Assembly (NCBI GenBank): GCA_963795085.1
Contig: CAWCFX010000006.1
Span: 544,001 to 608,000 of the forward strand
DNA: 64,000 bases
Direction of reading: 5' to 3'
Source: an uncultured Gemmatimonadales bacterium
GTDB taxonomy: Bacteria > Gemmatimonadota > Gemmatimonadetes > Gemmatimonadales > GWC2-71-9
In this document: positions 48,000-57,124 of the stretch, in pieces
Position numbering within the stretch: the stretch's first letter is position 1
How the letters are laid out: each line of letters opens with the position of its first letter
Notes under the pieces: model-generated
The model's database searches: none
Told to the model about the DNA's origin: nothing
What the model saw: the letters and a program-made list of their open reading frames with translations, nothing else
Program-made: the position numbers and the translations under genes

Positions 48000-48376
48000 C
48001 CGCGGCGGAGCTGCGGAAGTTCGGCCTCCTGGTCGGCGGGGTCTTTGTCGCGCTCGGCGGCCTGTTCTGGTGGCGGGACTCGGGCCGCGCGGCCGCCATC
48101 CTCTGGGGGGTCGGGGGGCCGCTGATGGCGCTGGGACTGGCGGCACCGGCCCTGCTCCGCCCCGTGTACCGGGCCTGGATGGGGCTGGCGCTCCTGATCT
48201 CCAGGGTAACCACGCCGGTGATCATGGCCGTGCTCTACTTCGTGGTGATGACGCCGGTGGGCTTGCTGGCCCGGGCCTTCGGACACCGCCCGCTGGAGCG
48301 GGGCGGGAAGGACCGGGAACTATGGCTGGTGCGCCAGCCGGCCGACCGGAAGAGCGACATGGAACGGCAGTTCTGA
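47972..48376 (+). CDS. SxtJ-family membrane protein
   Basis: LRKFG, P.LLRPVYRAWM, YFVVMTPVG, DMERQF; follows the carbamoyltransferase. Confidence 0.85.
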   Translation: MAQPVPARLTAAELRKFGLLVGGVFVALGGLFWWRDSGRAAAILWGVGGPLMALGLAAPALLRPVYRAWMGLALLISRVTTPVIMAVLYFVVMTPVGLLARAFGHRPLERGGKDRELWLVRQPADRKSDMERQF

Positions 48377-48448
48377 CACTTGCAGCCGGGGACCTTAAAC
48401 TCTCAGCAGGGGCGGGACCGAAGGCTTCCGATAATCCGGAGTGATCAC

Positions 48449-48610
48449 ATGACCAGGCGAACGGGACTGCTCGGGGAACTATGGCTGTTCCTCAAGGTGC
48501 GCAAGAAGTGGTGGCTGGTACCCCTGATCCTTCTCATGGTGATGATCGGCGGGTTGCTGGTCTTCGCCCAGGGGTCGGTCCTGGCGCCGTTCATCTATAC
48601 CATCTTCTAG
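48449..48610 (+). CDS. SxtK/DUF5989-family small membrane protein
   Basis: ELWLFLKVRKKWWLVP...GSVLAPFIYTIF. Confidence 0.85.
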   Translation: MTRRTGLLGELWLFLKVRKKWWLVPLILLMVMIGGLLVFAQGSVLAPFIYTIF

Positions 48611-48835
48611 TGGACGGTCTCACATGTTTCGAAAGACGCTGTCGGAACAGCTCACCACGGAGCCACGAAGCAGACGGAGGTAGCACGGAGCACCCACCGT
48701 AGCGGGCTCAAGAGCCGCAATCCCAATACCTTGGCGGCAGCATGAAGGTTCTTCGTGCTGCCTTCGTGGACTTCGTGGCTCCGTGGTGAATCAGTCCTTG
48801 CCCACCTGATCGGAACTTTGGATACAGTCCACTAG
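48607..48835. mobile_element. MITE-like element with CTAG ends, 26-bp imperfect terminal inverted repeats and an internal 39-bp inverted repeat
   Basis: CTAGTGGACggtctcacatgtttcga ... tcggaactttggatacaGTCCACTAG (20/26 match); internal tcaccacggagccacgaag ... cttcgtggctccgtggtga. Confidence 0.6.
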
Positions 48836-48842
48836 GCACCCG

Positions 48843-50699
48843 TCATTCCGAGTCAGCCGGCCACTGGTCTTCCCCGGTGGCCCCGAGGAGGCTGTCCATG
48901 GTGGTCCGGAGTCCGGCCAGCCTGGACGCCGCAATCGGGTTCCCGGCCAGGTTGGTCAACTCCCCCGGGTCGGTTTGCAGGTCGTACAGCTCTTCGGCCC
49001 CATCCTCGTGCCGGATATAATGGGCGCTTCCCACCGTCAACGCACGAAGTTCTTCCACTTTGCCGGATGGCTTCCCGGAAGTGATCACCTCGGTGAGAAC
49101 CGGTTCCGCGGGCGTGGAATCGGCGGGGTCCCAGAACCGCCGCAGAGTGCGGCCGGGAAACAGGTCCGCCTCCTCGCTGCCGGTGAGGTCGAGCACCGTG
49201 CGGGCCAGGTCGCGCAGGTTGAGCGGTTCGGAGACTCGCATCCCTTCCGGCACTTCGCCGGGCAGCGCCATGATGAGGGGCACGTTGATGACCGGCTGGT
49301 AGAGACTGTTGCCGTGCACGAACATGCCGTGCTCGCCGAACTGCTCCCCATGGTCCGACGTCACCACGACGAGGGTGTTCCCCAGGACGCCCCGGCTCTC
49401 CAGCGAGTCGAGCAGCTTCCCGATCTCGTCGTCCAGGTAGGCCAGCGACGCCGCGTACGCCTCGTGCTCCCGCTGGATCTCGGCCCGGGTCATCCGCAGC
49501 TTGACCACCCGGCGCGCGCCCCGGATGCTCTGGTCGGTGAGATACGGCTTGCGCGGCGTGGCCGAGGCAAACCTCCGGTCGAATTCCTCCGGCGGCAGGT
49601 ACGGCTCGTGCGCATCGTAATAATTGACGAATGCGAAGAAGGGACGTGACGCGTCCCGTTCCCCCAGCCAGTCCAGCAGGTCGCCGTTCAGCTTCGCCGC
49701 GTTCTTGCGGCCCAGGATATCGTAGTACCCAACCATGCGCCGGACACCTGGCCGCACGGATAGATAGCGCCCCACCGAAGAATTGAGCAGCAGTTCGCCA
49801 AACGTGATGGCATAGTCCTCGTAGTGGGCAAAGCCCCGGTCGAGCCCGAAGTCCCGGCTGACATAGTGAAGGTTGGCGACGAAGCCGGCGGTGTGGTATC
49901 CCTCCCGGCCCAGCGCCTCGGCCAGCGTCGGGTGGGTGGAGTCCAGGGGCGCCCGGAAACCGGTGCTCAGGCGGTGCGGAAGCTCCCCGGTGAACATGCT
50001 GGCGTGGGACGGCAAGGTCCAGCTGGAGGGTGCCTTGGCCTCCAGAAAGTTCACGCCCCGCCGGGCCAGGTCTTCCAGCTCAGGCGTGGTCGGCCGGGCA
50101 TACCCGTTGACGCTCATGCTGAGAGAGCGGGCGGTGTCGAGAATCAGCAGCAGGACGTTGGGCGCACCCGGCTTCGGCTGAGGCAGGGTGGCGAGGACCT
50201 TCCGCTCCGACCACCGGTCAAGCCCAAAGGCGATCCCGGCCCCCAGCGCGGTCAGGAGCAGCAGCACCGGCGTGGTCCATTGCACCATGCGGACGAACGA
50301 CCGGAGCCGGCGGCTCGCCAGCGCAGAGACCTGGACCGCCACGCCCAGCGCGATAAGCAGCAGGGCGTAGGTGTGCAGCTCGGTGATCGCCAGAAAGGCC
50401 ACCGCGATCGAAGCGGGCAGCGCGAGGCCGAAGAGCATGAACCGGGTCGCGCGGGGCGTCCGCCAGAAGGTGGCCAGAACGGCAAGGCCCAGCGCCGGGA
50501 TGAGCACCCAGAGCGCATCCATGACCGGCGCCAGCCACACGACATGGGGGCCCAGGGCGGTCGGCGTGCCGAAGACATACTTGCGAAGCGCCATCCCGGC
50601 GCCCTCGATCAGTCCGGCCAGCAGTCCGAACCAGAGGCCGGCGAGCAGGATAGTCCCGGGACGGACCCCGGCATCCGCGTCGTGGGAAGCTTTCGACAT
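48843..50699 (-). CDS. Membrane-anchored sulfatase-like hydrolase/transferase (alkaline phosphatase superfamily)
   Basis: Five N-terminal TMs, PNVLLLILDTAR, WTLPSHASMFTG, PFFAFVNYYDAHEPY, TSDHGEQFGEHG, ELYDLQTDPGE. Confidence 0.88.
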   Translation of the reverse strand: MSKASHDADAGVRPGTILLAGLWFGLLAGLIEGAGMALRKYVFGTPTALGPHVVWLAPVMDALWVLIPALGLAVLATFWRTPRATRFMLFGLALPASIAVAFLAITELHTYALLLIALGVAVQVSALASRRLRSFVRMVQWTTPVLLLLTALGAGIAFGLDRWSERKVLATLPQPKPGAPNVLLLILDTARSLSMSVNGYARPTTPELEDLARRGVNFLEAKAPSSWTLPSHASMFTGELPHRLSTGFRAPLDSTHPTLAEALGREGYHTAGFVANLHYVSRDFGLDRGFAHYEDYAITFGELLLNSSVGRYLSVRPGVRRMVGYYDILGRKNAAKLNGDLLDWLGERDASRPFFAFVNYYDAHEPYLPPEEFDRRFASATPRKPYLTDQSIRGARRVVKLRMTRAEIQREHEAYAASLAYLDDEIGKLLDSLESRGVLGNTLVVVTSDHGEQFGEHGMFVHGNSLYQPVINVPLIMALPGEVPEGMRVSEPLNLRDLARTVLDLTGSEEADLFPGRTLRRFWDPADSTPAEPVLTEVITSGKPSGKVEELRALTVGSAHYIRHEDGAEELYDLQTDPGELTNLAGNPIAASRLAGLRTTMDSLLGATGEDQWPADSE

Positions 50700-50788
50700 C
50701 GAACGTCTCGTTGTGGAAGTGGGCCGAACAGGGCGGGCGGGAAAAGCACCCGCCCCAAAATGGAAGGCAATGGCCTAGCGCCGGGACG

Positions 50789-51109
50789 TCAGCGGCGCCC
50801 GCCCCAGCGAACCAGGGTGTTGTACACCGAGCCCACCAGCCGGCCCAGGGCATAGCCGAACACGAAGAAGTAGATGAAGCCGATCATGCTGCCGAGGAAG
50901 CTGACCTTGTAGCCGGGGAGAAAAACCCGGAGCAGGCTCAGGTGCTGCCCCACCCGGTCTCCTCCCTTCAGGACCAGCACGTTGGTCGCGATGAAGATCC
51001 CGAGGCCCAGCAGCAGGCCAAAGGCGATGCCCCAGGCGCGCCCGTTGAGCTGGAGCATGGTGGTGCGAAGTTCGGCTTCCTGCTCCCGGACCAGGGTGCG
51101 TTCAGACAT
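50789..51109 (-). CDS. Small two-TM hypothetical protein
   Basis: AWGIAFG...LLRVFLPGYKVSFLGSMIG...YN; paralog of the adjacent gene. Confidence 0.7.
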   Translation of the reverse strand: MSERTLVREQEAELRTTMLQLNGRAWGIAFGLLLGLGIFIATNVLVLKGGDRVGQHLSLLRVFLPGYKVSFLGSMIGFIYFFVFGYALGRLVGSVYNTLVRWGGRR

Positions 51110-51199
51110 GAATCGGCTTTCTCGAGTGAAGGACGGGGAGATGTCAGCTTTGCGGATTTGGGTTTCTCAGCCAGATTCAGCCATCCGCGTCGGCATCCG

Positions 51200-51577
51200 C
51201 TATATGTGATCCAGAAAATCTCTGGTCTGGTTCAGTTCTGACTTGGCACGAATGACAAAAATCGAAACCGCGATCACCAGGTTGCGGCAGAAGGCAAGAA
51301 ACCAGCCGCCGACAAACCCGGCTACGAAGCCCCAGAAAAGCCCGACGAAGGCCCCGCCCCAGGTGACCGTGTACCCTTTGAAGTATTGCGCCAGGAGCGC
51401 CAGGCCGACTCCCTGCCCCGGGCTGCGGAGCAGGAAGACGGCCGTGGCCAGGAAGATGGTCAGGCCGAACGCCAGACCGATGGCGATGCCAAACGCGCGC
51501 TTGTGCAGCGGGGCGAAGGCCAGCGCGACGGCGGGCGGCAGTTCTTCTTCCTGCTCGGGATGGACGGCAGCGGTCAT
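51200..51577 (-). CDS. Small two-TM hypothetical protein (paralog of 50789-51109)
   Basis: AFGIAIG...LLAQYFKGYTVTWGGAFVG...RN. Confidence 0.7.
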   Translation of the reverse strand: MTAAVHPEQEEELPPAVALAFAPLHKRAFGIAIGLAFGLTIFLATAVFLLRSPGQGVGLALLAQYFKGYTVTWGGAFVGLFWGFVAGFVGGWFLAFCRNLVIAVSIFVIRAKSELNQTRDFLDHI

Positions 51578-51651
51578 GTCGGGTCCTGCCCTTCGCTGTC
51601 AATAGAGAATCGGTGAAATATGGGACTCCGCCGCGACGGCGGCAATGCTTT

Positions 51652-52788
51652 TCAGCTCGTGCCGGCGGCCGGGCCGGCCGGCTGCTGCCACGGCCCCCGC
51701 GGAGTCTTGCTCGGCACCGGCGGCCAGGTCTCCACCCCGACTTCGGCAAAGGCCTGCACGTAGGCGGGCGGTTTGGGCTCACCAATGGTATGGTGCAGGA
51801 AGGTGCCCCAGAGCGCCGAGACCCCGTTCAGGAAGTAGTACAACAGGTGCACCGGCACCACCCGCGCCGCGAACCATCCGCCCCGGCAGCGGTTGAAGAA
51901 CCCGTACATCTTCCGGTTGCCGAACAACACGGGCAGGGTCAACGCCAGCGACACCGCGAGCCAGCGGGCGTCTCTCGTGACGGCGGCCAGCGCCAGGCCG
52001 GCGAGGGCCAGCCAGATCAGCGCCACGAAGATCTTCTCCCTCCGCGCGACGTTGAGCACGCTGGTGTTGCTGTTGCCGCCCTGTTCGACGATCAGCCGCA
52101 TCCAGGGAACGCCCCGGTCGTGCAGGTCGGTGGCGATCACGTTCCTGAGCGTCCACTCCTTCAGGTGGGTGCCCTGGATTTCGGGCCGCAGCAGGATGGG
52201 ATGGCCGTGAGCCCGGATCCGGTGGCCCAGTTCGATGTCCTCGATCTGGGGCCGCACATAGTGCCACTCGTCGTACATCCCGCACTCGATGAACACCGAA
52301 CTCCGCACCGCGCCGCACCCGGCCCAGAAGGTCTCCGCCGGACCCGCATTCTGGTGATGCACGTAGTGATGCATCAGGTTCCGGTACTGGGAAATGAAAC
52401 CGGGCGCCGGCGGCCGGTCGCAATAGGAGCCGAACACCGCCCCGAGGTCCGGGTCGTCGGCGAACAGCCAGGCGAAGCGTCGGAGCGTGTCGGGCCGGAC
52501 GCAGACGTCGGCGTCGATGAACACCGCCACCGCTCCCCGGGCCGCCTCGAATCCGCGGTTCCGTGCGTAGGCGGGCCCGTGGGGTTTGCCGGGGAGGCGG
52601 ACCACCGCGTCCGCATAGCGGGCGGCGATGGACGCGGTATCGTCGGAGCTGGCGTCGTCCACCACGACCAGTTCCCAGCACGCGCGGGGCAGGTCGCTCG
52701 CGGCCAGCGCGTCCAGCGCCCGGGGCAGCACCCGGTGGCCGTTGTACGCCGGGACGATCACCGAGAGAAACGGAAGCGGGGGGTTCAC
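51652..52788 (-). CDS. Glycosyltransferase family 2
   Basis: LSVIVPAYN, VVDDASSD, GPAYARNRG, FIDADV, IEDIELG; GTG start overlapping the previous stop. Confidence 0.9.
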   Translation of the reverse strand: MNPPLPFLSVIVPAYNGHRVLPRALDALAASDLPRACWELVVVDDASSDDTASIAARYADAVVRLPGKPHGPAYARNRGFEAARGAVAVFIDADVCVRPDTLRRFAWLFADDPDLGAVFGSYCDRPPAPGFISQYRNLMHHYVHHQNAGPAETFWAGCGAVRSSVFIECGMYDEWHYVRPQIEDIELGHRIRAHGHPILLRPEIQGTHLKEWTLRNVIATDLHDRGVPWMRLIVEQGGNSNTSVLNVARREKIFVALIWLALAGLALAAVTRDARWLAVSLALTLPVLFGNRKMYGFFNRCRGGWFAARVVPVHLLYYFLNGVSALWGTFLHHTIGEPKPPAYVQAFAEVGVETWPPVPSKTPRGPWQQPAGPAAGTS

Positions 52789-53537
52789 GGGCGACCCTTC
52801 CAGGCCGGGCGCACGGCCTGCCGCAGGCTCCGGGCGTGTGCCCGGAAGCGGAGTCTCCAGCGAAACGACGGTGTCCCCCATGCTTCTAACCTCCCTGGAC
52901 GCTGGAAATAGTACATGTCGAGCCGGGGCAGGAGCTGTAGCGGTTCGCCATTCTCCAGGATCCGCAACTCGGTCGTACAGGCCACCTGGTAATGGCGCCG
53001 GGCTACCCCGGCCGCGCGCTCGTCCACGGACCCGTAGGGATAGGCGAACGCCCCCGGCCGGACTCCGCACGTGGCCTCGATGTCCGCCGCCGAGCCGGCG
53101 ATCTCGTCCTCCAGCGCCGCGGGATCGAGGCCGGCCAGCGGGGGATGCGTCCGGGTGTGCCCCCCCAGCGTCACCCCCGACTCAGCCAGCCGGGCCAGGG
53201 CATCCCAGCCGAGCAGCGGCAGGGTGGGAATACCCGGCGCCTCGTATCCGCCCCAGGCGTTGGTTCCGCCGGCTTGTCCCGACACCACGAACAGGGTGAC
53301 CGGGAATCCCGCATCCAGGAGCCGGGGCGCTGCCTCAGTCCCGAAACTGGCGAACGCATCGTCGAAGGTCAGCGCCACCGCGTCCTTCGCCGGATCGCCC
53401 TGGAGCAGCGTGTCCAGTGGAACCACCGGCACCGTGCCCCGCGCCAGCCAGCGCAGGTGCGCCTGGAACGCGTCCCGGCCCACCGAGATCGGCGACCCGC
53501 TCTCGTCGATCGAGTGGTACATCAGGATCGCGCGCAC
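52785..53537 (-). CDS. Polysaccharide deacetylase (CE4)
   Basis: ILMYHSI, LTFDDA, GHTRTH, FAYPYG, LPR. Confidence 0.9.
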   Translation of the reverse strand: MRAILMYHSIDESGSPISVGRDAFQAHLRWLARGTVPVVPLDTLLQGDPAKDAVALTFDDAFASFGTEAAPRLLDAGFPVTLFVVSGQAGGTNAWGGYEAPGIPTLPLLGWDALARLAESGVTLGGHTRTHPPLAGLDPAALEDEIAGSAADIEATCGVRPGAFAYPYGSVDERAAGVARRHYQVACTTELRILENGEPLQLLPRLDMYYFQRPGRLEAWGTPSFRWRLRFRAHARSLRQAVRPAWKGRP

Positions 53538-53543
53538 GGCCGG

Positions 53544-54518
53544 TCAGCGAATCGCGAGCCGGGAGCGCTGTTCCGCCACGACGTCCGCCACGATCTGCTC
53601 CAGCGAGCGGCTGAACTTGTACCCGGTCACCCGTTCCAGCTTCCGGGTATCCGGAACCCGCCGCTCCAGGTCCTCGAAACCCGCCGCGTAGGCCTCGCTG
53701 TAGGGAATGTGCTCGATGGGCGACTGGCTGCCCGCGGCCTCCCGCACCATTTCGGCCAGCTGGTTGATGCTCACTTCCCGGTCGGTGCCGACGTTGAACA
53801 CCTGGCCCACGGTCTCCGGCGTGTCGATCAGCCGGAGCACGGCTTCCACCGCGTCGTACACGTGGCCGAAGCAGCGGCTCTGCTCGCCCGAGCCGAACAC
53901 CTTGATCGGTTCGCCGCTCAGGGCCTGGCTCACGAAGTTGGGCAGCACCATGCCGTAGCGGCCGGTCTGCCGGGGGCCCACGGTATTGAAGAACCGGGCC
54001 ACGATGACCGGCACCTTGCGCTCGTGCCAGTAGGCCAGCGCGAGCCATTCATCCAGCGCCTTGGAGCAGGCGTAGGCCCAGCGGGAATGGAGCGTCGGCC
54101 CCAGCTTGAGATCGTCGTCCTCCGAGAAGGGAATCTTGACGCCCTTGCCGTAAACCTCCGAGGTCGAGGCCAGCACCACCAGCTTCTGCTTCCGGGCCGC
54201 CGCGCCGAGGACCACCTCGGTCCCCCGGACGTTGGTCTCGATGGTGTGGACCGGCTTCTCGACGATCAGCCGGACACCCACCGCGGCCGCCAGGTGGACG
54301 GTTACGTCACACCGGTCCACCAGCTCCCCCACCAGCGCCGGGTCGATCGCCGAGCCGACCCGGTGCTCGAAGCCGGGGCGCCCCACCAGGTGGGCAATGT
54401 TATCCATCTGCCCGGTTGACAGGTCATCCAGGATGATGACCTTGTCGCCCCGCTCCAGGAGCTTGTCGGACAGGTGGGAACCGATGAACCCGGCACCGCC
54501 GGTGATGAAGACTTTCAT
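53544..54518 (-). CDS. NAD-dependent nucleotide-sugar epimerase/dehydratase
   Basis: ITGGAGFIGSHL, HLAAAVG, STSEVYG, YACSK, RFFNTVGPRQ, RRVPD. Confidence 0.92.
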   Translation of the reverse strand: MKVFITGGAGFIGSHLSDKLLERGDKVIILDDLSTGQMDNIAHLVGRPGFEHRVGSAIDPALVGELVDRCDVTVHLAAAVGVRLIVEKPVHTIETNVRGTEVVLGAAARKQKLVVLASTSEVYGKGVKIPFSEDDDLKLGPTLHSRWAYACSKALDEWLALAYWHERKVPVIVARFFNTVGPRQTGRYGMVLPNFVSQALSGEPIKVFGSGEQSRCFGHVYDAVEAVLRLIDTPETVGQVFNVGTDREVSINQLAEMVREAAGSQSPIEHIPYSEAYAAGFEDLERRVPDTRKLERVTGYKFSRSLEQIVADVVAEQRSRLAIR

Positions 54519-54542
54519 GGATTTCTGCGCTCCGTGTGATGT

Positions 54543-54676
54543 CGGACGGGCGGACCGCCGGATGGTCGACCCAGGAACCCTCTTTCCCTGCTTACACCCT
54601 TTCGAGCGGATCACCGGGAGCCGGAACCCCCATCCCGCGGTCCGCCCTTCCCACCGTCCCACCGTCCGCCCGCCAC
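54543..54676. repeat. Inverted arrays of 8-bp GC-rich repeats
   Basis: cggacggg cggaccgc cggatggt ... gcggtccg cccttccc accgtccc accgtccg. Confidence 0.5.
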
Positions 54677-55924
54677 CCCAGCTTCTCGGTCAGCCCGGCC
54701 CGGCCGGTGCGCGCCGCGGCCCGCTCCGCGATGTCCAGGTATCGGGGCACCACCGCGGTCTCGGTGTAGTGCCGGGCGTAGGCCTCGTACCCCGCCGCCG
54801 CCAGCTTCTGCCGGTACCCGGGATCGGACTGCAGCCGCCGCATGGCGGCCACCAGTTCCTCGCCGGTGGTGAACAGTTCCCCGCCTCCGGCCCCCTCGAC
54901 GATCTCGGGGAAAGGCCCGATTCGCCGCGCAATGACCGGCGTCGATTGCTTGAACGACTCGATCAGGATGATCCCGAAGGTCTCGTAGCAGACCGACGGC
55001 ACGATCAGGGCCACCGCGTGCTGGTAATAGCGCCGCAATTCATCGGGGGGCACCCGCCCGAGGAAGTGCACGTTGTCGATCCCCCCGGCCAGTTCCCGGA
55101 GCGGCCCCGCGTACTCCCCGTCGCCCGCGATCAGGAGATCGGCGTCGGGGTACTCCCGGAACCGGGGGATCACGTCGTCCAGGCCCTTGATCTTCTCCAG
55201 CCGCCCGACGAAGAGGAAATAGGGGCGGGCCCGGGGCCGTTCGCCGCCGACCGCAGCCCCCCCGGCTTCCGGATCGGGCAGGAAGTAGGGCAGCACCTCC
55301 ATCGGCTTCTTCAGTCCGAACTCGGCATGCTTCCGCCGGCTGAATTCGCTCATCGCGATCACGGCGTCCACATGGCGGAGCTCCCGCGCCAGGTAGCCGG
55401 TCCAGCGCCAGAGCTGGGGCGGCCGCCGGTAGCTCAGGGTGCAGCGGAAACATTCCCGGCCGGTGCACAGCTCCCGGCCGTGGCGCCACAGCACGTGCAT
55501 GGGGCAGACCAGCCAATGCTCGTGCGCCATGTACAGCTTGAGCGCGTCGCCGTACTTGAAGATCCCCGGCCCGCCCACCAGGGAGACGTTGTGATAGTTA
55601 ATCACGTCGTACCCCCCCCGGGCCAGCAGGCGGCGGATCTTGCCGCCGTTCGCCACCGGCCGCCCGAACTGCTGGGTCAGGAGCGGCGAGACGGCACCGC
55701 AGCCCGCTTCGGAGCGACACCACCTCGACGCCGGGCACTTCGGGGGCCGGCGCCGGCTCGGCGCCCTGGCGCAGGGTGTTGTAGGCGTCCACGTCATGCA
55801 CCACGGTCACGTGGTGGCCGAACCGGGCCAGGCCACGCGCCAGCCGCTGAATACCGATGCCGTCGCCCCCGAAGTTGTACGGGGGATAGAACGTCGTGAT
55901 GAAACAGAAGCGGAGCCCGCTCAC
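54592..55924 (-). pseudogene. GT4 glycosyltransferase with a +1 frameshift near 55699 (pseudogene or sequencing error)
   Basis: N-terminus (FCFITTFYPPYNFGGDG..) and the rest (GAVSPLLTQQ..FVGRLEKIKG..YETFGIILIES) lie in different frames; the minus strand reads ggg ctg C ggt gcc. Confidence 0.8.
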
Positions 55925-57096
55925 GCCGCCGCCTCGGCCAGGGCGTCCAGCGCGGCCCGGGCGGTCACCGGCCAGGCCAGCGCAGTCGCCCGGGCCAGCG
56001 CGGTGCGCGCCATCCTGGCCCGCGCCGGTTCGTCGTGGAGCATGGTCCCCATGGCGCGCTCCAGGCCCGCCGCGTCCCCCGGGTTCACGAAGAGGCCGCC
56101 GCCCGCGAGCAGCTCGGGCAGCGGGCTTTCGGTGGTCGCCACCACCGGCGTGCCGCAGGCCGCCGCCTCGACCGCCGGCAACCCGAACCCCTCGCAGGAG
56201 GACGGAAGCACCAGCGCCACCGCGCCGGCGTGCAGGTGTCGCAGGTCCTCGTCGGCCACGAACCCGGTCCACTTCACCAGGGACTCGGTGCCCGCCTCGG
56301 CGATGGCCCGCCGGATCTGGGCCTGGCTTCCGTGGAACACGTCGCTGTCGATGCTCCCCACCAGCAGCAGGTAGGGCGGGCGTTGGGCCTGTTTCGCGAG
56401 GCGGCCATGGGCCCGGACAATGTCCTCCACCCGCTTGTGCGGGTTGAACCCGCCCACATAGATGAACCAGCGGGCATCCCGGGGCAGGCCCAGCCGGCCG
56501 GTCACCTCGTCCAGCCGGGCCGCGTCATGGCCCGGAACAAAGGCGGGTGCCGGGGCCTCCACCGCCACCCGGATCCGGCCCGGCGCGATGCCGAGAAACC
56601 GGGTCAGGTCCCGGGACGAAAACTCGGAGACAGTGAGCACCAGCCGGGCCTGCCGGACCGCGAGGCCGACTTTGAGCTTCCAGAGCAACCGGGCCCGCCG
56701 GGAAGGCAGCGTCAGCTCGGGAAACCGTTCCGCGATCGCGTCGTGGACCGTCACCACCGCCCGAAGCAACGGCGGCAGCGGGAAGTAGGTGTACACCGAC
56801 GGCGAAAAGAACACGTCGAGGCCGTCGCGCCAGACTGCCCGGGTAAGCCGCAGCATGTCGGCTGGCGACCGGTTGCCGTTGGCGGCCGCCGCCTCGGTGG
56901 GCGATCGCGACTGGCTGACGACCACCGGCCGCACGTTGGGTCCGGCCAGGTCGAACGACTCCGCCGCCTTCCGGTCCAGGTAGCAGAAGAACTCGTGCTC
57001 CGGCGCCAGCTCCACCATGGCGGGCAGCAGGTGGCGGGTGTACCGCCCGTAGCCCCGCCCGTTGGCCCAGCAGGTGGCATCAACGCCGATTCTCAC
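55921..57096 (-). CDS. Glycosyltransferase family 4
   Basis: MRIGVDA, GYGRY, VTVHD, YVGG.NPHK, EGFGLPAVEAAACGTPV. Confidence 0.92.
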   Translation of the reverse strand: MRIGVDATCWANGRGYGRYTRHLLPAMVELAPEHEFFCYLDRKAAESFDLAGPNVRPVVVSQSRSPTEAAAANGNRSPADMLRLTRAVWRDGLDVFFSPSVYTYFPLPPLLRAVVTVHDAIAERFPELTLPSRRARLLWKLKVGLAVRQARLVLTVSEFSSRDLTRFLGIAPGRIRVAVEAPAPAFVPGHDAARLDEVTGRLGLPRDARWFIYVGGFNPHKRVEDIVRAHGRLAKQAQRPPYLLLVGSIDSDVFHGSQAQIRRAIAEAGTESLVKWTGFVADEDLRHLHAGAVALVLPSSCEGFGLPAVEAAACGTPVVATTESPLPELLAGGGLFVNPGDAAGLERAMGTMLHDEPARARMARTALARATALAWPVTARAALDALAEAAA

Positions 57097-57124
57097 GGGG
57101 CGGGCGGGCGGACCTTGAATGATT

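Noticed and set aside
46170..48610. Saxitoxin cluster (sxtI/J/K-like genes)
   Set aside because: No sxtA, sxtG or other core genes in the window; the trio is also found outside toxin clusters.
48652..48789. CRISPR array or tRNA in the repeat-rich spacer
   Set aside because: The repeats are inverted and short-period with no repeat-spacer structure, no cas genes and no cloverleaf.
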